Assembly: GCF_003918875.1 (NCBI RefSeq) | Contig: NW_025767102.1 | Coordinates: 744,001-808,000, forward strand | Direction: 5' to 3' | DNA: 64,000 bases | Origin: Haliotis rubra | Taxonomy: Eukaryota | Shown: positions 10,601 to 37,862 of the stretch, one piece after another | How the letters are laid out: each line of letters starts with the position of its first letter | Numbering within the stretch: the first letter of the stretch is position 1 | Made by a program: the position numbers and the translations under genes | Notes under the pieces: generated by a model | The model's input: only the letters and a program-made list of their open reading frames with translations | Database searches by the model: none | Told to the model about the DNA's origin: nothing

Positions 10601-13600
10601 AGATCTGGATTAGAATAAATTATTGGTCTTTAGCAAAACATGCTTATCGTAAGAGGCAACTATTGGTATCTGGTGATAGGCTCACTGACTTGACTGATGG
10701 TGTCATGGTATCCCAGCTGTGTACATCAATGCCTATTACATCAATTACTGGGCTGTCGGGACGAAACTCGATTATTTACAGACCGCTGTTGCTATTGTGA
10801 CCAACAAACAAACAATTACACAGCATTTTCTGCTGAACTTACTACGAGTAAAGACATTGTTCAAGGGCAATAGCTATTTTGATTATTTTTCTCTATATAT
10901 ACAAAGGCAAATAGAACATCAGCCTGGGTGGCTTATGTACCAGTTGGTATAGTGTGTAACTGTAACTGCATGTTACTTTGATGGGTAAAATGTATTCCTT
11001 TGTTTAATATAGGAGTACTGGAAAATCTTAAGTGTACATGTAAAGTACTGAATGGAAATTAATTGACTATCAGTAATTTGTGTTTCGTTTCATGTATGCA
11101 TCACAACATTGATTCTTGTGTAAACAGGTCAATGAACAATAAAACAAGACTTTTTCAGATAAATACGTTTGTAAATGATTCTAAGACCGTACACCATTGC
11201 TGTGGTGCGTATTTGCTACGTTTTCTAAATTATTTCCTACCGTATCGTGCATATTTTTTATTCGTACATACGCCGATACGGCCCTTATCTGGAGCCCTGT
11301 TCTATATATTAAGCGTATCTTTTAAGCCACTTCGAATTTGAAAATTTGACAGGTATGGAATCCAAGTTCGAAACCTGTACATTGACATCAGGCATGTCAA
11401 TTGGGATATAGATCTTTTAGAGGTATCGAACGTGACCAGTTATTGAATTGAATATTGATCTTTTGTTCATAATAAATAAACTGTGAAAGAAATAAAATCG
11501 AACATGTTCTTTTTTCAGTTATTGTGTAAGCCAATGGGAGAAGTTGTGACAAGGCGATTCCAAGGTCTCCTCACCCAGCAGTTGTCAGGGGACGTCACGG
11601 GCGCCGCCCTGACTCAACTGGGCCTCACTGAACCCCGTATCCTTCAGCTTACAATGCAGTGATGGAAGGAGGCTAGACTAACGCCTAATCTCTGGATATA
11701 TACTCACCCATCAAAAGTTTAGACTCACTAGTGTAAAATGTAGCCACTTACTTCAGTCAACTGTTCTAAACTAGATTTTGCAAAATATTCTGTACAGTTT
11801 ATGGGTACTGTTTACACATGAACTGACGTATTGTAAAACAAATTCGTAACGTTGAAAAGATTATTGTCATGAGTTCAATAAATGATGAAACTCAGTGAAA
11901 ATTGGCGAAATCTTAACAAAACTTTACACCAAAACGTAGCTGTTCACATGCACGATATTTGCACATGCTTTTCAGCAATTTGATGCATGAGCCTCGTGCA
12001 ATTCATCTGCATATAGTGTGTGCTTTAAGTGAGTCTAAACTTTTGATGGGTAGTATATATAATTCTGATAGAAACAAATAATTCATTTCAAGTTGAAAAG
12101 GAGCATCATACAGTGTGATGGGAGATTCAGAACCCGAGGAAATCTAGACTTGCCTCATTTGGGGCTTTATCATTGCAGAAAGGTATTGGCGGAAGGGAAT
12201 ATAATGCGGTTCGGGTTCGGGGTCTTTGAGACAGACAAGAAGGAAACCTGTACAGCCAAAGGTGAACTATTTCACGGACTAGAGGTTGTGGCCCTTTAAG
12301 GACAGTGTTTCGGTTCCAACACAGACAGATATAATATTCGAGTCTCCAGAATATATACAGTTGTCATTACACGTCGTTAAAGCGTGCAGAGGCCATTCCA
12401 TCGGGATTAGGGGCGGTGGGGTAGCTTAGTGGGTAAAGCGTTGGCTCGTCACGCCGAAAACCCGGGTTCGATTCCCCACATGGGTTCAATGTGTGAAGCC
12501 TATTTCTTGTGTCCACCGCCGAGATATTGCTGGAATATTGCTAAAAGCGGTATTAAGCTAAACTCACTCACTCTAAACGCCATTCAAAGACAAGAGCTTA
12601 AATGTCAACATGTTTTACAATAATACATGCCTTCTGACTTGAGTACCCCTCGGTGTGAAGCGTGAAAATAGCACAATATTACATGATGGTTTCTTAAACA
12701 ACTTCGATCATAAAACGTCAGATTTCAGATCCTGTTAGGTACAGATGTTTCAGGACCACGTGTCTTATTTATGTTTTGTGCACTTATCCCTATTTCGAGT
12801 TATTTAATCATTCATTGTTCTCATTTGAACCCGAACGGACTATGTGTACACGAGTCTATAGCACGCGCACGCACAAACCACTTCATAGATGTATTGCAAA
12901 GGTATTCCTCTTCCTTATCCTCATCAGAGATTCAGTCTATCCTTATCCTCATCAGAGATTCAGTTTATCCTTATCCCCATCAGAGATTCACTCTATCCTT
13001 ATCCTCATCAGAGATTCAGTCTATCCTTATCCTCATCAGAGATTCAGTTTATCCTTATCCTCATCAGAGATTCAGTTATCCTTATCCTCATCAGAGATTC
13101 AGTTTATCCTTATCCCCATCAGAGATTCAGTTTATCCTTATCCTCATCAGAGATTCAGTTTATCCTTATCCCCATCAGAGATTCAGTTTATCCTTATCCC
13201 CATCAGATTCAGTTTATCCTTATCCCCATCAGAGATTCAGTTTATCCTTATCCCCATCAGAGATTCAGTTTATCCTTATCCCCATCAGAGATTCAGTTTA
13301 TCCTTATCCTCATCAGAGATTCAGTTTATCCTTATCCCCATCAGAGATTCAGTTTATCCTTATCCTCATCACAGACTCAGTTTATCCTTATCCCTATCAG
13401 AGATTCAGTTTATCCTTATCCCCATCAGAGATTCAGTTTATCCTTATCCCCATCAGAGATTCAGTTTATCCTTATCCCCATCAGAGATTCAGTTTATCCT
13501 TATCCCCATCAGAGATTCAGTTTATGCTTTTCCTCATCAGAGATTCAGTCTATCCTTATCCTCATCAGAGATTCAGTTTATCCTTATCCTCATCAGAGAT

Positions 13601-13724
13601 TCAGTTTATCCAGGATGGAATAGGGAACCTGGCACAGCTGGCGACCGCCTCTCGAGACGATCTCCTCAACTGCAGTCTAGATACAGACACTGCAGACAGA
13701 ATACTGGACATGTTTCATAAATAG
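4611..13724 (+). CDS. C1orf146: SPO16/C1orf146 (SCRE) homolog, meiotic ERCC1-like partner of SHOC1. Exons 4611-4710, 5131-5257, 5720-5821, 7786-7864, 11519-11636, 13597-13724 (217 aa using the last acceptor)
   Basis: Spliced translation ...KIRNSESVTSNSIIFPMSGVAFMILD...IDKFVQVHRRCYILAQAPCH...LQMIPVHTPTESIQAMLNIAK matches, by recall, human C1orf146 ([24 protein letters not shown]...IEKFINIHQNSF...[21 protein letters not shown]). All exon phases are compatible; total 654 nt. Confidence 0.9.
6679..7016 (+). mobile_element. tRNA-derived SINE, family C (about 340 bp)
   Basis: tRNA-like head with B box GGTTCGATCCC, (CACCT)n tail, 13-bp TSD ACTTAT[G/A]CCTATA. A close copy lies at about 60946-61300 (-). 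Confidence 0.85.
7503..7757 (+). mobile_element. SINE family B, full length
   Basis: Starts GGACCCGTGAAGATCC and ends GCTGGAATATTGCTGAGTGCAGC plus (ACTC)n. Confidence 0.85.
8533..8775 (-). mobile_element. SINE family B, full length
   Basis: Same consensus body and tail on the reverse strand. Confidence 0.85.
9023..9166 (+). mobile_element. SINE family A, internally deleted
   Basis: GGGGTAGCCTAGTGGTTAAAG head and shared tail. Confidence 0.8.
9204..9591. mobile_element. hAT-like MITE
   Basis: TAGGG...CCCTA termini, 8-bp TSD ATAATTAT on both sides, subterminal CGATAC/GCAATA motifs. Confidence 0.7.
10064..10524. mobile_element. Two family A SINEs in inverted orientation: 10064-10227 (-) and 10357-10524 (+)
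   Basis: Both have A/B boxes; the first has TSD CTAGACAGCATGA. Confidence 0.85.
11701..12055. mobile_element. Tc1/mariner-like MITE inside the U12 intron
   Basis: About 28-bp TIRs TACT(C)ACCCATCAAAAGTTTAGACTCACT / AGTGAGTCTAAACTTTTGATGGGTAGTA, flanked by TA. Confidence 0.8.
12410..12572 (+). mobile_element. SINE family A
   Basis: A box, B box GGTTCGATTCC and shared tail. Confidence 0.85.
12911..13610 (+). repeat. 28-bp minisatellite (CCTTATCC[C/T]CATCAG|AGATTCAGTTTAT), 25 units, made of the SPO16 3' splice site
   Basis: Acceptor positions recur every 28 nt from 12927 to 13596, with one -1 unit, one -2 unit and one AG>AC variant at 13372. Confidence 0.95.
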
Positions 13725-15109
13725 GCCGCTGTGTGATCAGTGATAAGCTGTATTTGTCTCATGTTTATTTAAAGTGGAACTAGGCTCCGGTCAATTGGCA
13801 GCCTTGAGGTTAGATTCAAGATCGTCACATCTCACTTAATCTGTCTGCAAGCTTAAATTGTGTGATGCTGATCGATCCGGCTGTCAGAACGTACCATTAT
13901 TACACGGACACAATGACCTTCATACACAGCACATATTTCAACATCAAGGCGTTGCATGATCATGGAGTGGGGACCTTTCCTCAAGTCACTGTCAAAGTTG
14001 TACAGAATAAACGGCTTCCATGGATGAAATATTGTTTTGTGTTTGTCAGATACTGCAGTCAGAAAAATTCCAGCTACGTGGCGGCGGTCCCTAGGTTTTG
14101 TGTCTGAGCCAGACAATGCAATGATTGCAAACTTATCATCGATCAACACAACTGATATGAGATGACATGCGAGTCTAACCACCCCGTCCACTTAGTCGCA
14201 TAGGACTGATGTGGGTTTGCGTGGAATTTATTTTCTGAACTTTTTCTGAGCTCTGTAACGAATGTAGTCATGAATTCGTGGTTTAGGATAAGCCCTAAAT
14301 GGAAAAATGTTTTGCGACTTACTCTAAGTTTAAGTCCTTTGAAACAGATGAGAACTGGAGGAAGATTTGTATTACATTTTATTGGTGAAAAGCAGACATG
14401 TCTTCGAAGAATTCTGAAACCGGTGTTCGCACGCAGTAAAGGTAACTCATTTGAGTTAACACTCGGGCAGATTTGTATTACATTTTTAATGAAAATCTTA
14501 CCATCGCGGCTTTTATCTGATTTCAAACTTTCCCTATGACTCATTTTCACTTTAATCTTAGTTACTAATCACTCCCGAACACACAGCTTACCAAACAACA
14601 TCTTCCAGCGGAAGCTCGTCCACTCAAGAACTGTCAGAAACTCTTGCATAAATACAGCTGTAAAGGTTCCCAGTGGACACGACGTCATGGCGTCGATTGG
14701 ACTTTCTTTCAGGTGTACAGAATATGCATTACGACTTTTGAAACATATGAGCTATTTCCAAGTTAGTATTCTTAAACCGCTTCCAAGTATTTCGAGTTAA
14801 AGAGTTTTCTGTGGGATTATTGTATCTATATTCTTGCTTATGGGTTAAAGCTGATACAGCACCGCGTCAATACGGCGCCAGGCTAGCGTAAAAAACCTTG
14901 GTTTGACAAAAAGGCTTCGGTGCGTGCTTCCTACGTACACGTATATACAGAAGACAGAATTCCACGACAGTATAAGTACGTCATATATTTTGCAATAGGT
15001 CGTCACACATCTAAGTGAGTGAGTTAACATCTTACGTTGCATCAACAATTTTGCGACTCCACACCTGAGAAATCAGATAGTATACCAACCCTTACCATAA
15101 TTACCAGTC

Positions 15110-15490
15110 ATCACCAGACCCATGTGCCACGTTTGGGGAAGAAATAATAACGGTTCTAAAGTTGTACTCCACAAAAGAGCACCAAGACCAATTTCAGTCG
15201 AAGTCAAACTTGTTGCCATAGAAACTTAAAACATTTTACTCAGAAATCCAAAACTACCAAAAGGAACCAATTCAGACCTATCTATGTGCAAAGTTTGGTG
15301 AAGAAATAAAAAACGGTTTGTTCTAAAGTTCTGCTCCGGAAAAGAGCACCCAGACCAATTTCAGTCGAAGTCAAACTTGTAGCCATGGAAACCTAAAAAA
15401 TATTTTATTGAGAAATCCAAAACTACCAAAGGGCACCAGTTCACTACCAGACCTATGTGCCAAGTCTGGTGATGCAATAATAATAATAAT
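15110..15490. repeat. About 170-bp tandem core repeats followed by (AAT)n; probable Helitron/Helentron-derived remnant
   Basis: AAGAGCACC.AGACCAATTTCAGTCGAAGTCAAACTTGT occurs near 15175 and 15342. Confidence 0.55.
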
Positions 15491-16572
15491 AAGTAATAAT
15501 GTGTATGTTAAGTGTATGAACAATAACACTGACAAATATATACTTGCATGCTGATCTGTCTTACCTTTATACACCTGGGAATGGTGAACTAAGTGCTTTC
15601 TGGCCAACAATGCGTGTCCTGTCTGCTGATTCTTTAGATGACTTTATTAATGGTTGATAACAAGCTGGATAAATACGAATTTCCCTGATATGCCTTTCAT
15701 CTTTATCTTAGAGATGAGAGATTACAGGTAGCGAGTATAACCTGTAACAGTAATGTCTCCCTTGAGAAGAGAGCGGATGGAAACGTTCCGCTGAAAGGCT
15801 AATGGTAAAGTCACCCCAACCTTGTCTTTGTGTACTATCTGTATAGTATAAGTGCTATTCAGTTTGTTTTCCCTATTTTCTTTCTGTAACATAGTGTTTT
15901 AGAAAACCAACAGCAGCCTCCATCATTATCCATTGGCGTTTCTGTTGGCTACGGGATGTATAACAATATATACTTTTGAACAAATCTTTGGTGTGACCCT
16001 AACCTGACATATATATGAGTGAGTTAATGATGTTTTTCGCTACATCAGCAATGCTGCAGCTATTTGCGGCTAAATTGACATATATTGCCCCTGTTCCATC
16101 GGATTACATTAATACAGGAAAGTTGTAGATTCGGAAAATGCATCCCTTTGTTGATGGGTTGAAAGATTTTAAAATTAACACAAAGTACATTGATTAAGCG
16201 AATCACAAATGTGCGGAATAGGGTCAAGATGACCTTGATAGAAATATTGCAAACAAAGTAAGTTATGTAGATACCTATTTTTAGGTTTATCTAATCTTTC
16301 GGATTCCTAGCAACCAATGATAGTGTTATTGGGTCACGTTGTCCGGCTCCATGATAACGTACCCCAATGAGATGAACTGTTGCTTATAGCAGTCAGTTGA
16401 TTGTCTGGTCGAAGTTGGACAATGTAGAGGCGACTGTAGAACTAGCTACGATATGAATATAACTAAACAATCGGTGCATGTACATATTTGTTTGCTTATT
16501 CGTTCTCATCAGATTACCGTTTCACATAATCATCGTTGCATTCTCTATACAACTGAACATAATGAATTAAAC

Positions 16573-16939
16573 GGAGCGGGTAGCCAGGCTCGCCGACTTG
16601 GTTGACACGTTTGTGTGTGAAAGAGAGAGTGTAGTTTTACGCCGCTTTAGCAATATTCGAGCAATATCACGGCGGGGGACACCAGAAAGGAACTTCACAC
16701 ATTGAACCCATGTGGGGAATTGAACCCGGGCCTTTAGCGTGGCGATCGAACGCTTTAACCACTAGGGTACCCCACCGGCCCAGGTTGAGACATGTCATCG
16801 TACCACAATTGCGTAGATCGATTGATGTTCATGCTGTTGATATCTGGATTGTCTGGTCCAGACTCGATATTTTACAGACCGCCGCCATATAGCTCGAATA
16901 CTGCTGTGGCGTTAAGCAACACACAAGCAAGCAAGCAAA
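16573..16939. mobile_element. Family B SINE (+) interrupted by a family A SINE (-, about 16625-16780)
   Basis: The B body resumes after the A copy, with a GGTTGA[C/G]AC duplication at the junctions. Confidence 0.75.
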
Positions 16940-17543
16940 CGCGAATTAAAACGAGATTAGTTGAAAATAGTTTATTATGTTCCAATCGTTAAAATAAAAT
17001 GTTGATGAAAATGTGGATACACATAAAAGAATATGAGTTTTCAAGAACGAAACAAATGAGCACAAATACGTGATATTACCAGGAAAGCATATCTGACCAG
17101 GAATGTTTACATGTATAAATGTACAACAAAAAGTCACCGCCACATTTCCTCCTTCAGGTACTGAGCCATAAGCTGTCCACTAAATAGAAGACATGCGTCT
17201 ATTAGAACCCGGGTAATTAAATATGATCGTTTATCGCAAGCGTACCCTTTGTGTGACTGTTTTCGGGAATCGGTTAGCTGTCCCGTGTCGGGAAAAACAG
17301 AACAGACATGGACATTGAAATCAAGCTGTATGCGACGAATTCCATTTTTTACTTATGTCCATCTCTTGTTGAACAACGAAAAGCCTTTTTACTCAAATAT
17401 TTCTGTGAATCCCTCAATCTGTAAATTTATTTTTCTCATGAAATGTTATTATCAACCACTCATCCTCAAATCATCCAAATATATAAAACACAGTTTGTGC
17501 CTCTTCAAATGTTTTTGAGAATAAAATTCTGTTCTGTTCTTCC

Positions 17544-17666
17544 AGGGCCCTTATTCTCGAAACGTTCGAAGCCCTAAGAATTCTTAACTTTGTTCGTAGC
17601 CAATGTGTTACGAAAAGGGCTTAAGAAGTTCGTAGGGCTGCGAACGTTTCGATAATAGTTTGCCAG
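17544..17666. mobile_element. Short hairpin-type MITE
   Basis: Imperfect inverted arms TATTCTCGAAACGTTCGAAGCCCTAAGAATTCTTAA / TTAAGAAGTTCGTAGGGCTGCGAACGTTTCGATAATA. Confidence 0.6.
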
Positions 17667-19841
17667 GACAGCAGGTCAAGTGCTTGCGCAGAAGCTGATT
17701 GACGCCTCAGCTTCTAATAGAGGAAGTACGGTATGGTTTTACCCTTCAGTAAACTTATATCACAGGACAAAAGGACAGGCTTAACAGCGCCGGAAACAAA
17801 CGTTCAGTGTCAAAGCTGACAATGATTAAACTGATTGTACACCGAGCTTCATAATACCGGTGATCAAACAAATGCATATTCCAATATATACAATACATTT
17901 AGCGTCACGTTTAACAGTTATATACATGTCGACACTACAACATTAAATCAGTGACTACACAAGAATCAGCCATTATGAATGTTATGAATAACAAGTGGGT
18001 GACTGGTTTGGTGCCACTTGTAACAACGTTCACGACATCAGCTACAGGGTTTACACATAATACGCCTGTGGCTGATCGTGCCTGGTCTCCGTTTAACAAT
18101 CTAGCTTTAACAAAGAGGTAACCCCACTTCCTATTAACAAATGACTATTTTGTAAGTATTGTTTTCCTTTCAGATTGCTGACATGTTTATTCAACATTTT
18201 CTGATGGTTGCCATTATATTTTAATATAATTAAATGACATATCACCCGGACTGGTGCAATTCATAAACGCAGTTCGTCTACTAACACTCCACTTTTGCTC
18301 CATTGCCACTACATGTACATACCTCCCGTTCTGTGAAAAAAAACATAATGCCATCAAAATTTTCCAGAATAAGAAATTATCAAAAGGTAGCACTAGACTT
18401 GACTGCATGGCAAGTGTCATCATGAAATATTCAATGGTTTTGGAGGTATTCTCTGGAAACGAGAGACATTTTCCTACCCTCATTTTCAGTAAAATCCATC
18501 TTGCCATCATGAAAACAAATAAAAACCCAGAAAATCCATAATCACAAAAAGGCACAAGGTCCTTACTAGACTGACCTGTGATGAGTTTCAACAAGATATA
18601 TTCAAGGGGTTCTGGGGCCACTGACCAGCTATTTCGTCTGACCAAATTGTTGTTGGGTTTGTTTTCAGATCAAAACAATTACAGTGAACATAAAAACATA
18701 TCACTTCCAAAATTTTACCTGGATGAGAAACAATTAGATCAGATTGTCATGTCACTCTTAGACCTTACCTCATTCTTGTAATACTAAAAGTTAAATATCA
18801 GTTTCATCTTTCATAACTATAATATTTATATACTGATGATATATACGGTTACAAAGAAGAAAGCACGAGTTAACCATTTGACTGCAATTGCATGTTTGGA
18901 TTTCTACACTCATCCAAGAATCTTTGGTGTCTGCATGTAAAGCCTACATCTTACATAATGTAACAGAGCACAGGAACTTGCGTCCATAGGCGCGACCATT
19001 TTGGTCAGGTGAAGTATATTATTATGCTGATGAAATACAGTAAAGTATACAAGTTATAGAACATGATTCAGGGAACTTGTACATTTAAGCATGACGTGCC
19101 TTAAACGACAAACACTTGACAGCACAAATGACACAGTTACTGTGAAATCGTGCAATCTGCTTTGAGTGTGAAGGATGGAGTGCAATCTGAAATATAAGCA
19201 ATGTAACTTCTGTATTTGGCTTTGTTTTAGGATATGTAGAGAACTTGTGCCAGTACTTAATCGAGATATAAATGTACAGTCGTGTGAACAAACGAAAGTG
19301 CTCTTTCTAAAATAGAACAGCTTCACTTTGCCACTGAAACAAGAGGGGTAACTCCTGACTTAAACACTTTTCTGCCAAATGGCTCCTGTGCTGTGAAACA
19401 GAATACTTTAGTAACATGAAGAAAAATTAACTGAAGCCCTTAATGCAAAGATTTGGGATTCAAAATTTTTCAACAAATTGTCCAGAAAGGTTTCTTTGAA
19501 CAGCCTTGTTTCATCATTTTAATCCTTTAATATTAAAAGTATGTCATCAATTCAAGTCTCAACTTTAAGTTGACATATGGGTACTGGGGTTCAAGATATC
19601 TACTCCCATGGAGTATTTCCTCAGGTTGGCATTCATATTGAATATTTGATATGTATTTTTTATATTTATTACTCCCCTTGGCCAAGTCTTTGGTATTTCT
19701 TATACCCATGAGATACTTTTACAATAATTCTGCTTGAATGGCTGTTGCAGGCAACCTCTAAATTTTCTTCAATTCATGATGCTACATGTTTGTTACATAA
19801 GCTTACAAGAGCAATACACATAGTGAGACATCACTGCCTAA

Positions 19842-20205
19842 TAGGGCTGGGACGGGTCCAAATTTTCTACCCGGTAACCCCACCCCCTATTACCCTAACT
19901 GGATACCCGATATGTTAATTCCTGACATCAAATGTGTAAGAAATTGCAATATATTTTTTTCAGCTCGGAGGCTAAAATTTCGAGTTTTTCAATATCTTAG
20001 CCATGTATAATATTCAAGCAAAGTGACTGTAATTATGTCTAAATCTTCAAAGACAATACAACCTTTTAATCATGAAAGAATAATATATTACATTGTTTAA
20101 TCTATTAGTCACATGATCATAGTGGGTCCGGGTATTGAGACGGGTACCCGGGTCCAACTCATTACCCACCCCTCCCGGGTATCTGGGTTACCCATCCCAG
20201 CCCTA
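19842..20205. mobile_element. hAT-like MITE downstream of the RUNDC3 stop codon
   Basis: TIRs TAGGGCTGGGACGGGT / ACCCATCCCAGCCCTA, imperfect 8-bp TSD CTGCCTAA/CTGCTTAG, subterminal TACCCG motifs. Confidence 0.75.
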
Positions 20206-21402
20206 CTGCTTAGTACATTATTCTCTGCAGTTTATGAATAAAATATGCCTGTACTTTATGTGTAAATAGAGATATGAAAAGGTGATCATAAGCTGTAAAC
20301 TAAACAGTGTTATATTTATGGGGTTTTATAAATTCATGCACACTTGTACGCAAATCAAAGTTAAAGGGTAATTTTTAAAGTATTTTATCTCCATGTCTCA
20401 GATTTAGTATACATATTGTTTCAGTAGTCAAAACACTCAAGACAAAGGACAGTGACCTTTAAATAATAGAGTTTGGAAGAGATAATCTAGCCCTTTATTT
20501 TTGTTTACGTCTATCTATGTCTTTGGCGTACATCAGACACTATCAACCAAGTCAGCCACTATTACAAGTTGATAATGATTTAGATGTTTTTGCTAAACAC
20601 CAGTGGTTCTTGAGGACAAAGTTTAAGCCAGAATCAAAACCATGTGAAACCATCTGTATCCAAGATATTAGCAAAAGATTTCAGTGCTGCACCAATGATT
20701 TCCTTCAGAAAATGTGGGCCAATAACGAAAAGTGTAATCCTTCTCTTTGACATTTTGACAGCCAACAAGATTTGATGATAAACTCTTTACATCAAGTTGT
20801 GATCCCTACAGCGAAACAAGCTCTTTACAGCAATTTATATTACAGTTTTGTATGCAAATAGACGTACTAGCAATGTGCAGAGCTTAGGAAGCCCAGTTTT
20901 GAAATGCGGACGTTTAAATATTTTGATTTTGATTTCCGAATGTTTGACATTACTTTCAATGAAAATAGTCGTATTTTGAAATTAAGTACAAGCCCGATAC
21001 ATAAAAACGTGTTTTAAAATATAAATTTGTGCCATTGTTGGTGCATACATTTAAAAATAAATTGCCAAGGTAAGTACAATTAGCGGGAATCATGCAATTA
21101 CGCAGTCTGGCTGCAGCACTGAGATTGGTTTGAGTCACTAAAATTTTATGTGATATGGCTCACATAATGTGTCACAAGAATACATTACTTTTACGGTAAT
21201 TTTGTCAAAACCAAATACATCACAGTAAAAGTAAAGCCTGTTTTTCTTCAATACAAAGTTGGTCTGACAAGGGAACTGAAGACGATTACCATAAATATTT
21301 GGTCACTTTGTCATGTCATCATGCCGATTGCAATCTTCTTCTAAAACTAATCATACACTACTAATCATACACTACATCTAGTTCACACTTGTCATGTCCG
21401 AG

Positions 21403-37211
<15,809 letters not shown>

Positions 37212-37862
37212 CGTTCACACCCCTCATTTATCTATTGTTTACAGGTGGCGGGCGGTAAATGTAAACATCACACACAGTGCTCATGTGATCTGAGCCTATG
37301 GGTTATGTTTGACCTTAACCTTTGACCATCGCCAATTTAACATACAAACTAAATATTTATTTGTGGGTAGGTAATCTACTTTTTTTTTAAATATATACTA
37401 AAAGTATAAAAAAAATAAGTAGCAGGTTGGTTTATGTTTCGAGTAAAAAAACTGTAACTGGACATCTGTCTATAATTGTAATGTATACAATGCTCGGCCA
37501 ATTAATGTTGACTGGGCTTCTGTCTTTAAGGCGCAAGTTTACAAACAGTGGAAACAATCTAGGCTGGTTTGGTTACTCTCAAACGCTTGCGCTCCCCTCT
37601 CTTCAGTAGCGTGTGAAGGCGAAACACAGGACCCCAGTCTAGAAAAGATCCTATTAAGCTCCAAACAGGGATTTGAGATCCAGAGTTTCAAACAGGTGTT
37701 TCAGGAACGATAACTCTATTCCCTACATCATTGTTTACATGTGAACATGCTACCGGGTTGTGAAATAGAGAAGCTGGAAAGTGACGTTTCCTAGATACTG
37801 GAAAATTGAGTTTAGGTTGAAAAACTTCAAGTTTCATATAAATTGTAAGATCTGATATCAAG
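37212..37862. promoter_or_regulatory. Probable bidirectional promoter shared by RUNDC3 and ELAC1
   Basis: The two start codons diverge about 650 bp apart with no obvious repeat between them. Confidence 0.6.

Larger units (their letters stand above)
11637..13596 (+). other. U12-type (minor spliceosome) GT-AG intron, last intron of SPO16
   Basis: Donor |GTATCCTTC matches the RTATCCTT consensus. Branch-like (T)TCCTTATC about 8 nt before CAG with no long polypyrimidine tract. The phase-1 join C|AG keeps the frame. Confidence 0.8.

Noticed and set aside
12771-13724. Three overlapping long ORFs as stand-alone genes
   Set aside because: They arise from a stop-free 28-bp unit. Only the 3' end is supported, as the SPO16 last exon.
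18214-18781. ORFs of 67-143 aa downstream of RUNDC3
   Set aside because: AT-rich with no recognisable domain or splice pattern; probably 3' UTR or intergenic.
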